Origin: Macrostomum lignano
Taxonomy: Eukaryota
Assembly: GCA_002269645.1 (NCBI GenBank)
Contig: NIVC01003730.1
Location: 15,945-79,944, forward strand
Length of the DNA stretch: 64,000 nt
Direction of reading: 5' to 3'
Of this stretch, positions 62,174 to 64,000 are shown piece by piece. Made by a program: the position numbers and the translations under genes. Each line of letters starts with the position of its first letter. Position 1 is the first letter of the stretch. The notes under the pieces are model-generated. The model saw only the letters and a program-made list of their open reading frames with translations, ran no database searches and was not told the DNA's origin.

Positions 62174-64000
62174 CGTGTCTTGGGTCAGTGTTGCGATCCC
62201 GTTGATTCAATCTCGTTCTACGACTCTACCTTTGTCTTAGCCGGTTTTTATTACTTGCCCTCGTTTCTCAATACCGGGAGCGTTCAGCAGAGACTTGGCC
62301 CTTTAATCTGCCATCCCGGCTGGCCCACCTCTCTCCCCTGAGTCCATCTAAGAAATCCGGCGTCTCTTCCTGCCTCGCTCTCATTCCCAATCGCAGCGGC
62401 CTCTCCTTAGCTGAGCACAGCCAGTCATGCTTTTCGCTCCTCTGCGCGCCCCCATCAATTTCTCGAACCCGTGCTCAAATCCTACTCGAGTTGAGAAGAG
62501 GGAAAGAAACGACTTTAAAAGATCTGCCAGAGAGTCGCATGGCAACAGCCTAACAACGCGCTCGTATAGGAGTAGAGAGTGTAGTCGGGGAATAGACCTG
62601 AGGGCATGAAAATCGACAAGAGAAGAGAGGGAAGAGAGGCAGGGAGGTGTATACGGAGTGGGATTGGCGAACCACAGCGGGGCAGAGAAGACTTCCTGCA
62701 ACATGTGCTGCACCCGAGCTGCCTTGAATTAATCTCTGCCTGAATGCCGTATTCTCCACACCCCCAGCATATTGGGCTCAGTCACTAAAATAGGTGGTAC
62801 GATGAAGGAGATTTAAAGAGCTCTCGAGGGGATTGTCCCAGCTTCTGTCCCTCCCAGTGCAGCTTGTACCTGCAGCTAGCTCGTATCTGCAGTTTGCTTG
62901 CACCTAATCTGGGTCGCACTGCGCGACTGCCTGCAGCCTCATTGACAGGAAAGGATCATGTGATTGCTAGAACACAAAACAAATAACTGCAGATTGGCCT
63001 TCTCAAACTGAAACTGTTAAGCTGTCATTTTTATAGGCAATGCGCCTGTGGACGTCTGAGACAGCTAGAGACACTTTTTTCCGGCTTCCCTCTCATTTAC
63101 AGTCGCCTAATTAACATTTTGTTAAAAGTCGTGGCTCTCGGATTTCAGCGAGACGATTCTATATAATCTTAGGGATAGGTTGAGAGCTAGTTAGTTCCAC
63201 TGCCGCTGATCGCTAATGATAGGCTGTAGCCCTGCTATTTTTTTCAGACACAAAAGGAAAATGCCGAGTTCACAGATTGCTTTAAGTTTAACAAAACATG
63301 CAGATGCATCTCGATCTCAGTAGCGCAGTACAAATACGATACGAGCATTGTAAACGCATGTAAGGGCATTAAACTTTTCAAATGTGGTTGTGTTTAAAAG
63401 TCGCTACAGGGACAGCTTGCATCACGGTTATTGGGCATTCTCAGCAAGCTTCATTGATCAAATGACTTTAAGAGAGGCTTTTGAAGGGATCAAAGCTAAT
63501 TTGGTAGGAATATTCTCAGGAACACGCTCAAAGGAAAAAAACAACTTTATTTTTAAATCGTGATTGCATGGCTAAATGAAGATCGAAAATTACGAGCTAA
63601 TTTACAGTGCATTCAAAAAGGTACGCGCAATTTATCCTGCATGGTCCTGCATATCAAAATTTAGACACATAATGTACATCACATGGACAACTAGCGCGCG
63701 TTGTCCAATGGACATCAGTGCCAACTTATGCATCAAATCGTAATTCTGCAGTAAGTATACATTCTGCGTGTGTAGTACTTGTATTTCTAAATGTACATGT
63801 ACATGCATGAAGATCTGCGTTGTTGTGTAGTGTACATGTACATGAACATGCAAAATTATTAACGTACTTGCATTGCATGTAACTATACAGAAGTTAGTTT
63901 ACGTGCAATCAACAATGCCTAAATAAATATACATGTAATATAGACAACTTTCTGCGGTATAATTTGTATATTTATAGCCTTATTTCTTCATATACATGTA

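Overview
This is eukaryotic (animal, protostome) genomic DNA, not prokaryotic. GC3-rich exons sit among AT-rich, minisatellite-laden introns, a style that resembles the flatworm Macrostomum (inference only). Nine protein-coding genes can be reconstructed: NASP histone chaperone (+), a prominin-like 5-TM protein (+, 5 exons), a secreted VWDE-like D8C/VWD/EGF protein (-), alpha-tubulin (+), alpha-N-acetylglucosaminidase NAGLU (-, about 14 exons), a GT32 DxD glycosyltransferase (+), an ATXN7-family SCA7-domain protein (-), an 8-finger hunchback (+) and an R7-family RGS of the RGS9/11 type (-). The rest comprises about 20 tandem arrays, three copies of a tRNA-derived SINE, several TIR elements with clean target-site duplications (including a P-like deletion derivative with 230-bp TIRs), a decayed HSP70 fragment and a 483-N gap. 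The most striking observation is the RGS C-terminal tail with eight V-T-P-W-E motifs. These resemble the PDE-gamma-like CPWE affinity-adapter motif, and half of them are hidden behind a 1-bp frameshift. Other highlights are a 1.3-kb minisatellite amplified from a SINE 5' end, a GC-AG intron, and four or five single-base deletions in short homopolymers that break genes and are probably consensus errors. No CRISPR, rRNA or bona fide tRNA gene was found. All calls come from manual reading; no searches were run.
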